Shown one piece after another: positions 37,597 through 50,727 of a stretch of 64,000 bases of DNA. The position numbers and the translations under genes were made by a program. Source of the DNA: Phoronis australis. Lineage: Eukaryota; Animalia; Phoronida. The notes beneath the pieces were generated by a model. It was not told the DNA's origin. It ran no database searches and saw nothing but the letters and a program-made list of their open reading frames with translations. The DNA lies in assembly GCA_002633005.1 (NCBI GenBank), contig NMRA01000209.1:256569-320568 (forward strand). Reading direction: 5' to 3'. Numbering within the stretch: the stretch's first letter is position 1; every line of letters starts with the position of its first letter.

Positions 37597-39844
37597 GTAA
37601 GTAATTGTTGTTGATTTACCATTGTGCTTTTAGCAGACATGTTCATATTTTTAAATATTTTGCCCAAAAATATGATTGTTGGCGTGTTGTCGAACTCAGT
37701 ACTCGTGAGTGCATAATAACTGGATATATTATGCAAGTTTCTAACTGTTACAGTAGGCGGCCACTCACGGTACCACTCCTAGTCTCAACGGTTTACCACT
37801 ACCCCTGGCGTAGACAGCAACATTATAAATGTTCTGTTAGACAAGATATACCGTCGTCCATGTGCAACTAGAACTATGATCCTGCGGCATTGCATATCGC
37901 TAGAAAAGTGTGTCAGTTTCAGTGAATTGGGGTCTATTCCTAGATTGCACGAATAGACCGCAGCATTCAGGTTACAGTCTCAATTGTGACCTACTGTAGA
38001 AATCTCAAATTTTCATTCGAATTTGTAGGTCAAATTTATTGGCCATCAATTACGAATTTGGATTAGACTCTTGTCGGAGTACGCCATGTAACATAGCCGT
38101 TTTTAGAACGACATACTGTATTGAGGTCGCATGAGGTTCATGCACAGTTTTAATCTGTAGTTGATTTTTCAAAATTTTCAAATTGTTTAGTTTGCCCTGA
38201 CTCTCTCTTTAGGTCACCGTTTAATAATTTTCGTTACAGCCACCTAAGGATAAATGTAAGGTTTCTATGGGCTTCTGAAAAAACAAACTCCAATTAAAAT
38301 AATGCTTGCAATCTTTTTGGAAACGGAATGCTGGTGTTAGTTTTTCTTGATTTCGTGGATTTTAAAATTGAGCTTTCACCCAAAACGTACACCGCGCTCG
38401 ACTTGGCGAGCAGCATATTGCCAAACGCGACCCCAGGTTGTGGAAACAATCCCAAGTCACCACGTACTGTAGCCGCCACTTTGACTACCAAATTTTAAAT
38501 TACTGAACCTTTACCTATACCTTTGGTTCACAATTGTACCGTTTATTTTGTGACACCAAACACGGACTAAGGCCACAGTTCAAGCGACTAATTTTGACGT
38601 TGTCATTGGTCTGGGTCAATGGAAACACTTGTTCGCACCATGTATCAAGGCACCCAAAAAGGAATAACTGACAGAAATTAAATTCTATGGGATGTCTCAA
38701 AGAGGAATAAATTCAACTAACCCATATCAAAAACTACCAAAAAGTGCGATTTTGGGCATTTCTAAAACCCCAAATTCATGAGTGCCCCGGTGCAAGATAG
38801 GAGGCCATATTCCCAATGCCGTTTCCCTCTAGATTACAGAAATTTCGCTTAAAATATACCATTGCCAACCATTTTTTTACAATTTCCACTTGGTTGAAGG
38901 GTGCCTGTATTCGCACTTATAGAACAACACTCACCGAGGATGCTGTCTCTATAGATGGCTCTCTTAACTAACGCTGTAACTCAGGCCCGTGAGCACCCGT
39001 CCCCGGAAAAGGTCCAGCTCGATCCTAACGTTAAAGATATTATATAGATGGACAGCAACAACAAAATTGTTACAGCTACTGACACTACTATCTACAATCA
39101 TATCTAAGTTAGTAATAATTTGGAATTTGCTTCTGATTCAAATCGCTTCACGTAATCAACGGGCTGTACCCGGCCAACTTCGACCGAGTGGTGTTTGCGT
39201 AGATGACGGAAAATTCAGGCGATTAGAGGAGGCTTTGAACGTGCGTGGTCGCTACACCATATTGTAAAACGGCATTTAAGAAGTAAATGTCTGTACACGC
39301 ACGTAGCTGAGCTATGTGGCAAAGAGAGAGCTCCCAAAAAGTAATGCGGTGTGAATGCCTTAAAATCGACCCAGAAAAAAGCAAAACATACTATTAGCTA
39401 ATTGTTATATGCTATTTTGGTATACATGTACATGCTAGCATAGTACGGTTAAGTGTAGGAATTTTCAAGTTTCGTATTGAGAGTGATCGTCAAATACAAT
39501 GTACGTTTTTCATCCAGTGTTCACTTTGATTGTGAATTGGTGGACTGACACGCATGCGTGTGCACGTGTGTGCGTTTAAATTCTTTCATTCAGTACTCGG
39601 CGACGCGGTAAAGTCACTATAGGAAGTCTCCCCTCGTCGCTCAAAAACTAGACATTTAACCACCGTGTTTTCTCGCACTGAGAAAACCTGGACCAGCATG
39701 TTCACATTATTAGGGAAAAGTAAGTCAAGACCTAATAAAAACGTTGGTCAATGAACAGCGCATTCTCTTGTCAAACAGTGTCAATGATGCACAAGCTCGC
39801 ACACTTTATACGAGCAACAAACTTCATGGAAAAGGTTTCCATGG

Positions 39845-40752
39845 TTACATGCCACCATTCCGAAGGTTCACCACTCTGAAGGTCCACTACTGGGTCTGAA
39901 GGTTCACTACAGTAACTCCGAAGGTTCACAACTTCCGAAGTCCACAATTTTGAAACCAGCACTCCGAAGTTCATTACTCTGATTGTCTGCTATTGAATAT
40001 GAACTGACAGGGATACTTTATGGTATTTGTGTCCATTCAGTATCCATTTAAAGGGTGTGCAAGAATTGAATAGTTCATGAAACATTGATTACGTTGTTTA
40101 CAAATGAGCCCAATTCCAATCGCTGCCAATCGTGAATCTTGAAGCTAACTAACGACTCATTCTCAAACAGGGACAACATCTGGGGCGTTGCCCAGGGCTG
40201 CGGCGACCAACGGTGGTTTTAAAATTAAGAAGACTGAGTGGGACTCTCGGACTTCGTGAATGCTGGCAAGGACATGGTAGCCTATTAACTAAATTTTGTT
40301 TTAGCAAGGCAGTGCGCTTGGTTTTGGGTTGTGAGGTTGAGTCGCAGCGACCCTAAACTTTTCAGTCGCGCTGTGAAATGGTACGATCTTGGCATGTATT
40401 GGATGAATACATGTATACCGTGGTTGATAATTCATCATTACCCCAACTTCATATTCTTTAAATAATGCAAGTACGTACTCATTTTTCCGTATTCGTAAGA
40501 CACTATGCAGGCAATTTCCCACGCGCATGAAACCAAACAAAGTATTTTAGTGCCTGGGCATTGTTTTCGTTATAGGTACACCACTCAGTGTTTCTTATAA
40601 TCGAAGTATCGTTTATTTTTGTATGTAAATGTATAAAAATTACACCCGAGTCCGAAATTTTGTAGATTTTCGGACCTGTGAGTCTTCAGAGTAGTGAACC
40701 TTCGAAATAGTGAAATTTGTTAGTGAACCTTTGGAATAGTGGTCCGTTCCCA
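39845..40752. mobile_element. Foldback/MITE-like element with inverted arrays of a short repeat
   Basis: Tandem copies of about ctccgaaggttcacta at 39856-39980 and reverse-complement copies (tagtgaaccttcg) at 40670-40745. Confidence 0.55.
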
Positions 40753-42513
40753 TGTCCAACGATGTAAGCAGCTTAAACAACACGCAACCGGATGAAAAAT
40801 TTCGTGAAGTTATTCTGCCACTAAATATTTCCCTCCGAGTATGTAATGAGGTGTAATCACTCATTTAGCCATGCCTGATTTGAAACTTTAGCAGGAGGTA
40901 ACGCGAGAACGTTCTCTTTCTGGGTCACATTGCTTGCGAATTTGAGTCTCGTTCTTTTTGAGCAAACGACACGGCATTCTCATTTCTGGTATTACGAGTT
41001 CCGTCTCATTTCAGGAACATAGAGCTTAGAGTCATTGTTTGTGTATAGATATTTCCCTTTCCTCTAATTAAACTGAGTCTAGCTGTAACTTCAACTTCAG
41101 AACTCTTGTAGCTCACTGTCACTATCTCGTGCCTGGCTATTTTTAGTCTCTTACAATGTTTTGGAACGTTTTAATAATTCAAGCATATTCTGTAACTCTC
41201 TGGAATCTACCCAATCATTCAACAAACATATACATGTGCATGTATTAGGCTCTAGAATGTTCCAGGCCACATCAACAACTAACATAGTAGAATATTCACC
41301 ATTCCACTGTAAACTAATTACATCGTAACTTGCCTGACCTCATGGGTCAGATCAATCAAGTACTGTATGCAAGCACACAGGCAGAACAAACACTGATCAT
41401 ACCCAAACTATTGTCATTCTACTTCTGACAACATACCCCTGCCAGAGAGAAAATTACTTCTTAAGTCATCTTCATCTGCCTTACGTTCGTGATACACCTT
41501 CAAGAGATTGACAAGGTTGATATTAATCTTGCCATTCATGTTGACTTTGTAGTCCTTTACCGTTGACTGCTGCGGTAAGTTCATATGAACCCTTCCATTT
41601 GCAAGGTACGTTTGCTGTGCTCTGCTGAATGTAACACCAACACTCTCTTTCCAACTGAAATCTGCCTATCTCTGACTTTATTGTCGTAGTAACGCTTGTG
41701 AATACCTGGTACATTCTACAAGCTTTTCCTAGCCAGCTCGCAGGTCTCCTCTAAAAGTTTCCTAAGCTCGAAGGCGTACTGGTTAATATAGTGGTTGTCT
41801 TCCGCAGTCCAGAGTTTACTCAGGATCTGCAGCGGACCCCGTTGTGTCCAGCCATACAGCAAATACATGTAAACGGGTGAAATTCCTGTGCTTGATTGGG
41901 AGACTTCCCGGTACGCAAACAGGGCATCTGACTGGTACCGGTCCCAGATCTTGGTCTTTCTTGACACATCTTCATCAACATCGCTTTTAATGCGCCGTTG
42001 GTTTTGTTTCACATAACCTGTTACAGCGTGGATTGTAAGGGGTCGAATACAGCTGCTGTGCACTAACAAGCCTGCTGACCTACCAGTTCCGCTGTGAACT
42101 GCGTCCTACATTTACTCGGAATCTCTCGTAGGAACAATTCTTCGACCAAACGCTCTGTCTCAATGTTCAGTAGCGCCATTGTAGCCGAGTACACTGTACC
42201 TGGTAGCAAAATCTACCACCGTGAGAATGCACCTGCTCCTTAAGTGTGAAACTGGAGCTGTCGGGCCAGTCAAATAGATTGCTATCTGAAAGGTTCATCA
42301 TCTCCCAGTGGTACTTAGATCACTGACCCTTAGGGATCGTCTTCTGGCAGATGTCAAATGATATCCAGAATCGGGCCACTTTTGATACCTCTCATTGCCA
42401 ATAGAAATTGCTGGTAATATGATCGGTTGTCCTCCTAACACCGAGGTGTCCACCACGTGTGAACTCACGGGCGAACCTCATTACGGACTTCCGTGACTTG
42501 CTCGACAGGGTTA

Positions 42514-42661
42514 CCAGGCGTGCGTTCAGTAGACGCTAGGACCTACGCTAGGACCTAGCTAAAACGTAGTCAAAGTCACGTGTTCTCATTTAAAATGCAT
42601 GGTAATACACTGTATCTCACGTAATCTCGCGAAGTCTTAGCGCTACTGAACGGGAGGCAGG
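42514..42661. mobile_element. Small MITE nested in the Gypsy element
   Basis: Inverted termini cgttcagtagacgctag ... ttagcgctactgaacg. Confidence 0.55.
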
Positions 42662-43535
42662 CTTCATAGGCTACATCTGCTTACTCGAGGGACCTAAGTG
42701 GTTGACTGCCGCTGACTTTTGATGTTGCTTCACATTAGTCCGCTCTTGACAGTTTCTGGCCAAGTGTCCGGCTTTATGGCAGAAGAATCACCTTTCCTCT
42801 GCAAGGTCAGTTTTCTTCGTGTCAACATTCTGGGTTTCTGGCTTGACTGGTCGTTCATGAGACCTTTTCGTTGACGACTGTGTGCTTGTTACATGTACGT
42901 CTACTCGTGGGCTTCAATATATCTCTTTGAGAAGCGTACCATCTCCGGAACGGACTTGGGTGTCTGCTCTCGTGGGAGCAAGGCCAGGTCGTTAGTACAG
43001 GTGTTCAAGCACTGTTTACTGACTAGTAGGTCTCTCAACTCGGCAACTTGCCGCAGTCGGACATGCCGATCCATTTGTCTAGGTAGCTCTGTCGTAGCTC
43101 TAAATCGTCTGGCCCCTCTCAGCCCTCACTTCAAGGAAGTGCCAGCGAAAGCCATCCCCAGTCAGTTCACACTACTGAACTGATGTAGAATAGCCTAGCT
43201 CACCGGCCTTCGGCAGGTTGGTGTAAACCTGTTAACAAGGGACTGAGATTAATTGCCCATTCGCTATGGGTCAAACCCTGACTCACAGCGTATTTTTCAA
43301 ATCTTTTCAGTAAGTTATCTATGCCACCCTGCTTTTCCTCAAACTGAGGGAGCTTCGACTTGACTTCATCGGGTGGTCTCGCGGTGTTACCTTCTGCTGC
43401 AACCTGCCCTACATTTGTTCATGTACTTTCAGTGCTGCTAGTGACCTCCCATGTTACATTCTATTCCGCTCTACTTCAATTCGGCCTTTCTTACACCTGC
43501 CTTTGCCATCCGGACTTAGCCTCACAAGCTAGCAT

Positions 43536-43712
43536 TCTCTCCTTGTCCCCGTGGGGTTGCTTTCTCTCTTCGGCCCCGTGGGGTTGCTTTCTGTACTCGG
43601 CCCCGTGGGATTGCTTTCTCTTCCAGGCCCCGTGGGGTTGCATTCGCTTTTCGGTCACGTGGGGTTGCTTTCTCTACTCGGCCTCGTGGGGTTGTTTTCT
43701 CTGCTCAGCCTC
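43536..43712 (-). repeat. 27-bp tandem repeat (about 6.5 units) inside gag
   Basis: Unit about ggccccgtggggttgctttctctcttc; in the gag frame it encodes 9-aa EAEERKQPH-like repeats. Confidence 0.9.
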
Positions 43713-44490
43713 AACTTTGTGAGTTTCCCTTCTCTCCTCAGTTTCAGCCTCATGGGCTTGAGCATCATTAGAGCTTGTTTTTCTGCAAACTGTCTAAGGT
43801 CATCCCAATGCAGGTCTGTTTCTTGTCCGAGGGCCATCTACTCCCGTAGGTGTGATATTGTCTCCATTGCGAGCGGCTAATTTCAACAGTTCACAATATC
43901 ATACCTTGTTACCGTCAGTAAACTGTTAGGGTGCTCGCCAATTGACACATTTTCCCATGTGTGGGTGAGCGCAAGTTGGTACAAACTGCTGATTAAAGAT
44001 TATCACTTCATTAATCTCGACCCTACACAAGCCTACTCAATTGATAATTCTTGCAACCGTTACTCTCGTTGAGCCAATAACACGCTGTCTCCATTGCTGG
44101 TTCGCTTGACTAACGATGTAACTGCTGATGCTCTTCATTAAAATTCAAGTATAACTTCAACCTCAACTCTCTTGTAACTCATTGCCCCTAGCTCGTGTCT
44201 GGGTATTTATAATCTCTAGAAATGTCAATGTTCTGGAACTTTCCAACTATTCATTCACATTGTGGAACGTTCTGGAATCGACCAATCATTCTAAAAACAT
44301 TTACTAATCTAGAATGTTCCGGACTACAATAATCACTGACATACTACCATACCACTGTAAATAAGTTACACCATAAGTAGCCTGACCCTCAGGTTAATCA
44401 AGTACTATATGTTAGTGCACAGTCACAAAACTAAAATAAAGATGATTAAGCTGAAGCTGTTGTCTGTCTACTTCTGACAAGCTCTAACAG

Positions 44491-44889
44491 CGTCACCTAA
44501 GAAAGCGCTCCAATGGGGGTTATAAGGTAGGAACTTCTATCAGAGCACTGGCCACAAGGCTTATTTCGATGGATTTGCTTGTACAAAACATTGCTGCACA
44601 CTTTGTAATCTCGCATAGGCGATGTCCAAGACAAATCAGCATGAGGTCTTACAATCCTTACAATCCCCAGGTGCTCCATGACATCAAGGTAATGTGGGAC
44701 AAATATCCACCCTGCTATTGCTTAGGTCCTGCACAAATGAGGGAGTACAGAGTTGGCCAGAGAAGGACCCGCCTTTTACATGTAAATCCTAATACAGCTT
44801 TGGGAAAACTGATGGTGACAGAGTGGAAGCATAATGTATTCATTCAGGAGTGCGAATGTTATTGGGAAGTTGAACGCAATTTGTATTGA
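44491..44889 (+). CDS. Orphan intronic ORF / candidate terminal exon, cystine-knot-like
   Basis: Frame open from 44488; ctaacag| acceptor, then RHLRKR, then C...CxC...CxC near the stop. Confidence 0.4.
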   Translation, partial: RHLRKRSNGGYKVGTSIRALATRLISMDLLVQNIAAHFVISHRRCPRQISMRSYNPYNPQVLHDIKVMWDKYPPCYCLGPAQMREYRVGQRRTRLLHVNPNTALGKLMVTEWKHNVFIQECECYWEVERNLY

Positions 44890-45096
44890 AAATTGACTAA
44901 GATCTTAAATTGATGGCGGTCGAAGGGAACTCAAAATAACTGACACCAAGACCTTTAGTCTTGCACCTTAAAGTTTCCGACATACATTAAACCGGTGCTG
45001 ATGTACTCTACAGCTTGATATATTGGTACCAGAACACGTTCTGAATAACCTGCAGTGATGACATAACACTTAGGCCTACTTCGATTCTTGTTTCAG

Positions 45097-45676
45097 ATGT
45101 TCTTTCCATTTCGCTGACATTCCAATACTTCCATCTACAAGACCCTGACAGCAACAACGAATGCAGCAATGATTACCTGTCCATCAACAATATCAAAATG
45201 TGCGGGTGGTACAATGGTACTTCTCTTAGTTACAATGGCAGTATCATAATCATGCGCTTTCGCTCAGACAATTCAACGAATCGAGGAGGTTTCAATATTT
45301 ATTATAAAGCTCACTTCCGCAACGTTTCAACAACGGGGAGTCCTCGAAACACCTACGCAACTAGAAGAGCAAAGGTGGATGTCCCTAGCACAACTAGAGC
45401 ATTGAAAACACATGGTTTAACTCCTGATTTATCAACGGCAGTAGATGACAATGCCACTAGGTGGCGCATGTCCACCCAAGCGATATCAAGCATTGAATCA
45501 ACATTGCCTACTACAAATATCAGCGCCAAGGAAACAACAGTTTTCTTGCCGGAAGTTACGAACACTACAGTTCCTATTTGCCCTGGTTCTTCCGATTGGG
45601 AGATTACATTGTACGTTGTTCTTGCAATGTTGTTGCTCGTTGCACTTACTGTTGGTTCAGTTTTCGTGTATAAAAG
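45097..45676 (+). CDS. CUB-domain membrane protein, exon with CUB C-terminal part, Thr/Ser-rich stalk and transmembrane helix
   Basis: tttcag| ... |gtgagt, 580 nt, phase 1-2; ISLTFQYFHLQ..ECSNDYLSI..MCG..MRFRSDNSTNRGGFNIYY; TM ITLYVVLAMLLLVALTVGSVFVY. Confidence 0.88.
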
Positions 45677-47674
45677 GTGAGTGTAGCGGTGTCTAAAGAC
45701 GGACATGCAGTGCATTGTAATGTATTCAATGAATTTCTACATTAATTGAATTGCAAATGATAACTGATGGTCATGACATCATGTTACAGTTGCAGCGTGT
45801 TTATAAGGAGACAGAATTTATCACTACATGTATGTTCGGACTTATTTCGATGGCTTCTGCTGTTTCTGATGGTTTACGTGGCTGCTGACGTCACCCAGTC
45901 AAAATCCCATGCCCGTCAACGATGTTGAATTGGTTCAAGCTGCAACACTTTCTTTTAGTACAGTAGCAAGCCCTAGCACTGTCCCAAGCGAATTAAAAAT
46001 ACTGATTTTTCAATGGCAAAAATGCATCGCATCCTAACAAGATAATCTGGTAAATCTCAGTCTGCGAGAGCCAGTGAGTGACGAACGGTGAAGGGAGTTC
46101 TCACTTAACTTATACAAATCTGAGATTACTTGGACAAATGAGATTTCCAGAAAGGCGGAAACGAAGTTTTAGAAATTCTATTTTCAACTTCGGCGAAAAG
46201 CGCAACTAATACATACAGTACCCAGCATCAGTCACTTAATAAATGGCAAAGAAAGTAGAAAATACGTAAAAATATACTTGTTGACATGCATGACACTTAT
46301 TGCCTGATACGGACAAATGTCTTGCAACCTTCACATCAATAAAGAAATGTTTTATTAGAGGCCATACGAAAGACTGACACTGTACGCTTTTGGGATTGGA
46401 AGGGGTAAGTAGTACGCCTTGGGGATTGGAATTATGCGAACAGTTGGTTGACTTTGACGTACAGTAGGTCTGATGAAATTGACCTGCAAAGTCAGTAAAA
46501 TCAGTTTTTTGCGAACCCTGTTCTTCGTTATACACTGTACAACTGTCCCAGTTAGGCTAGCGTGTGTGCCTCAACGCAGCTGAGAAGATACAATTAGTTA
46601 CATGTACTTTATTATCCCATGAGTATTCTGAATAACCGAGGCCTGAATGGGTCTCACCAACTCACTTGGTAGAGTTCAAAGGTGATAAATTAACCCGCTT
46701 TTTGATTTGGGTAAATTGGCGTTGTAAATCTCATTAGTGTCAACATGTTCCTTGCCCCCAATGAAGTGAAATATATGGTATTGGGAGTTCTGCCTTGCTT
46801 GAGACTAAACTTGCAGCATAAAAATTGCAGCTATCGATGAAGTGAATCAGTTTTCTTTTGTGCTCACTGGGAGTTGATTTTAAGTCCAGAAATCATTTGT
46901 TATCAAAGTTAAGGACATAATAAGACCTCGATTAACTTTCACATTGTGTGACTTGAGAGTTGTGGTAGGCATTTAGTCTTGTGCTCCATAACGTCATTTC
47001 TGAAACATAATTAAATCTTACTTGAAGTCTCCGAGAATATATTATACTACTTGGATAACTTATATAAATTATTTCTAGACTGTGATGTGTTCATAATTAC
47101 TTGACAAAACTTGTACATTGTATTCAGTCATTGCAAAATGGGAGCGGAAGAAGAAATTTCGGTCTTAATTTAAGTCTTTCTGTATTCACTTTCACGAAAC
47201 AGATCCCAGGGCGGAATTCGGTAGACCCAAGAATCTTGCGAAGACAGTCTGCGTGCTTGTTATACATCACGGTATCTTGGTCTTGCGATTTTGCGAGGTT
47301 CTAGCGCAAGTGGAATACAAGTTTGCTGTATGATGGCAAATGACCTCAACGAAAACTTACTGTGATAGGTCGAATACTTACGACGTCGTTAAGGTCTCAA
47401 TGCATTGTAACCGCATTGCACAGCACTACAAAAATATTTGCTCATCCCTGTACATGTATGAATACTTGGGCCGTATGGTGCTTTACCTTGCTTAATTTTA
47501 TCCTCTGATATCAACACAAAATGTTGCAAGTGAGCTTTACCAATTCCAGACTACTTGCCCAAATAACGGCACATTTCATAACATTTTCCTACCAATTTAC
47601 TGTGTTGAAAGTGTTCTCGGACTTCTTGTAATATATTTTGTTTGTTAATAAGTTACACTGGCACAACATTGCAG

Positions 47675-47978
47675 GAAAAGAAGAGGCAACGCCATCGACT
47701 CCGTCAGAGATACAAACACAAACGTTTCGTCTCATGAACCTCTCGATTCTAACATGTCACGACCTTCAGGATCAGCACTGCCTCCTGTCGGCATCACTTC
47801 AACAACCCCGAAAGAAACTCCACTTTCTAAGGATGCGTTACCTCCTCATATACCTCTCAATTTTGTCACATCGAAACCTTCAGGATCAGCAATTCCTCCA
47901 ATCGAAATCACCTCAACACCGTCGAAAGAAACTCGCCTTTCCAAGAATACGCTTCCTCCTATTCAGAAAGCAATCTAA
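47675..47978 (+). CDS. CUB-domain membrane protein, terminal exon (cytoplasmic tail)
   Basis: ttgcag|, phase 2; gives a K-R-K-R-R stop-transfer motif after the TM, then a Pro/Ser/Thr-rich tail with a 114-nt internal duplication and TAA. Confidence 0.78.
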
Positions 47979-48747
47979 GTTAACGAGCTTTTGGGCTATG
48001 GTAAGCGTGACGATAATCTGAATCCGAAAAGTGTTGTTTGAACTTGTAGAAAACGTACAACGGCACCCCTCAAGATGACAAGTAGGTACAACAAAATCTG
48101 TCGTGTGGCAGATGATGCTCATTCCTGCGCTCTTGGAAGTCACGTGACACGGAGTAAATCGCCAACAGTTCAATTTCCTGCCAAAAATCAACACATACAA
48201 ATCTTCTTTGGCCATCATTAGGGCTGGTTTCATCAGTAATTGCAGCTGGTATTTCACGTGTTTTTAGTGATGATACTGACTGTACGTGCCCATGTAATCA
48301 TTGTTAAGATCGTTTGACTGAAATAAAATGCCACAGTATAGTGGATGATGATCCACACCACAATCATATTGGAGCAGGCTGAATAACGGCAACTTTCATT
48401 GTTCTTAGATTTGAAGTTAATTATTGTATGCCCATGGAAATTAGCGACGAAAATATGTTTTCCGTTCCGGTTATAGAAAATGTCCATACATGTTGCAGTC
48501 ATGCTCGATTTCATTCATTGGCGACAGGTCGTGTTCAGTAAAGCTACTATATTAGAATGGTTTATTTCGACATTTAAAGACATAGTTTGACACCAAAACA
48601 ACTGCTTTTCAACACAAACGAATAGCACTGTATATATCTGTTGCACAGGGCAGTTTTTCTCCCGACAGCGCGGTCAATTAGAAAAGCCCATCAGTAATGA
48701 TCTTATGCGAGTCAATTTGGAAAACAGCCTCAAGCGGTTACATAACC

Positions 48748-48903
48748 CAGCAGCCGATCAAGGATTTTGAGTTAGGGGGGCCCAGGGCAGAGTTTTAGCC
48801 AAGATTTTGCCCGTCAGACATTCGCAGCCCCGTACTGCCAAATGGAATCTGGGTGAATTTTAGGGGGGCATGGCCCCCTTGGCCCCCTCTAAATCCGCCA
48901 CTG
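48748..48903. mobile_element. hAT-type MITE remnant
   Basis: Right end ggggggcatggcccccttggccccctctaaatccgccactg (CAGTGGCGGAT.. terminus); degenerate left end; no clean TSD. Confidence 0.45.
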
Positions 48904-50239
48904 TAACCCTCTGTGATGCCAGACCGGGAAAACAGCAATGTCATTGCAATGAGCTCTCTAGCTATAGGCAGTCAACCCTTCAAAGTTTTGTTTGCTTCAC
49001 ATGAAAATTCCTTTCAATTCCATTTGTTGGCATAACTTAAATGTTTTTGCCAACGGAATGTTGAGACCGGTGTGTCAAAGATTATAAGCCCAATATAAAA
49101 TAATACAATAGAATATACTAGAATTTCACAAGCATGATTTAAAAAATAAGAAGTTGCAAGGATCAGGGATTGGAGGCTGGAAGCTCCACAATCGAACAAA
49201 GCCTATTACTCTAACTACGAGTCTTCATAATTTGTTGCATTGATAACTTAAGTAAGAAATCAATAAGTTACAAGCCTTTATTAAAAGCACGATTTTACGT
49301 AAAATTTAGAAAAATATGATTTATTTAGTGACACATAATCAAACCTTGAAGCGCAATTGACTTTCAAACAAAAAACGATTTCAAAACTATTATTTATGCT
49401 GATTGTGAGGTCCACTGAATGGGATATTGACAGTACAATAACAAGAATATTCCTTACATTTTTGCACGTCAACTTAAACATCGTAGTAATTTGCTTTTTA
49501 TAACAGCGTTCATCAAAGTATATCAAAGTAAAATCTTCACCAACTACAAAATAGCCGGTTGAACATGCCCTTCAGTTCAGCGTAAGTCGCCATGATGTCG
49601 GTGCCGCTGGAGAAGAGACTAAGTCCAATGGGAATTGTGAGCAATTTAATCACTCAATAAGTAACATCTGCGTGGCTGAAATCTGGTGAAAACCGCTGAA
49701 TGGCACAGAATAGTAGGTATAGATATTTCTCACTGAATTTCATCGTAAATTATTGGTGAAAATAACTTATACACAGTTTCAAACTCTTAACTTTTGCCAC
49801 TGTCGTCCAAGATGGCCGACGCGGTCCAAACAATTGACCCAAATTTCGCCACAAAATTTGCAATAACTTTGCAATGCTAAGCCAATTTTCATAATTTTTC
49901 AATTTTTATTGAGTAGGATGCATTATCTACATGTATCCGGGTATGTTGAATTATATTTGCAAATGGAAAAAAATGGTTCGACTGCCCTTATTTTAGCCTA
50001 CTGTTCATTCAGTCCAGCTAGCGGTCGAGGCTAAAATTCAATGAATTGTAACGATAGGTATCAAGCATGAAGTTATTCAGCACATCCACCCACAAATACT
50101 TATGTAAGAAAAATCGTAATTCAAAAGCAAAGTTATCTACTGGTTACTTCTAGCACTAATCCTGTCCGACAGTGTCCGTCGATGCTATCCGCCATTTTCA
50201 ATGTTAGGTTCAGTACTAGCCCAAGGCCTACTAGTTCCG

Positions 50240-50499
50240 CAAAGCAACGGCATGTACCGTTCCAATACTCTCCAAAATTTCTCTTACCCTATAATCGGAA
50301 TCTCAGGCTGTCGTCCTCGAAGCAAACCGTCAAGAAATAATCGCTACACATTACCGAATACGGCGACGCTCCACTCGTGGACTTCAAAAAGTCTTCCCAC
50401 TTGCGACGCAGTCTTGGGTGTGTATGTGGGAAACTTGTGCAAAGATACATCAGACTGTAGAGTATTGTCACAGCCGCCAACTACACAACGGTCTGGTAT
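50240..50499 (-). pseudogene. THAP zinc-finger relic (transposon-derived)
   Basis: IPDRCVVGGCDNTLQSDVSLHKFP, frameshift, HPRLRRKWEDFLK..VMCSDYF..CFE; start codon is ATA and the zinc-binding His is replaced by Tyr. Confidence 0.72.
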
Positions 50500-50727
50500 G
50501 CTTCTTCAGGTATTTAATCCAGTTTACTTTTAAAATCTTGTCTAAATTCGAAAAAAAAACAAAAGTGCTCCTCTTGGCACAACTTTGGACACTATGGACA
50601 GACTCGGAAATGCTCAGGTCACCTCCCTTGGCTAACGTATTTTACGATGATAGCCGAAGTTGAAATTTTTCTGTTCTCAAAATTTTGTGGGAACGTGGGA
50701 GCGTTTTTTTAAACGAATTACATAAGA

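Larger units (their letters stand above)
41060..44479 (-). mobile_element. Decayed non-autonomous Ty3/Gypsy (Gmr1-like) LTR retrotransposon
   Basis: Two diverged LTRs both start TGTCAGAAGTAG on the minus strand (43924-44479 and about 41060-41430). Gag: KLPQFEEK..LKRFEKYA..WAINLSPLLTG, SCAN-like LRDLLVSKQCL..YIEAH, knuckle xFFCHKAGHLARNC. Integrase: GHLGVRRT..FYW, LFAYREVSQSSTG, WKGSY. No RT or RNase H seen. Confidence 0.85.

Noticed and set aside
43536-43712. Regular 27-bp repeats resembling a CRISPR array
   Set aside because: Head-to-tail with no unique spacers, no cas genes, and in frame within a retrotransposon gag.
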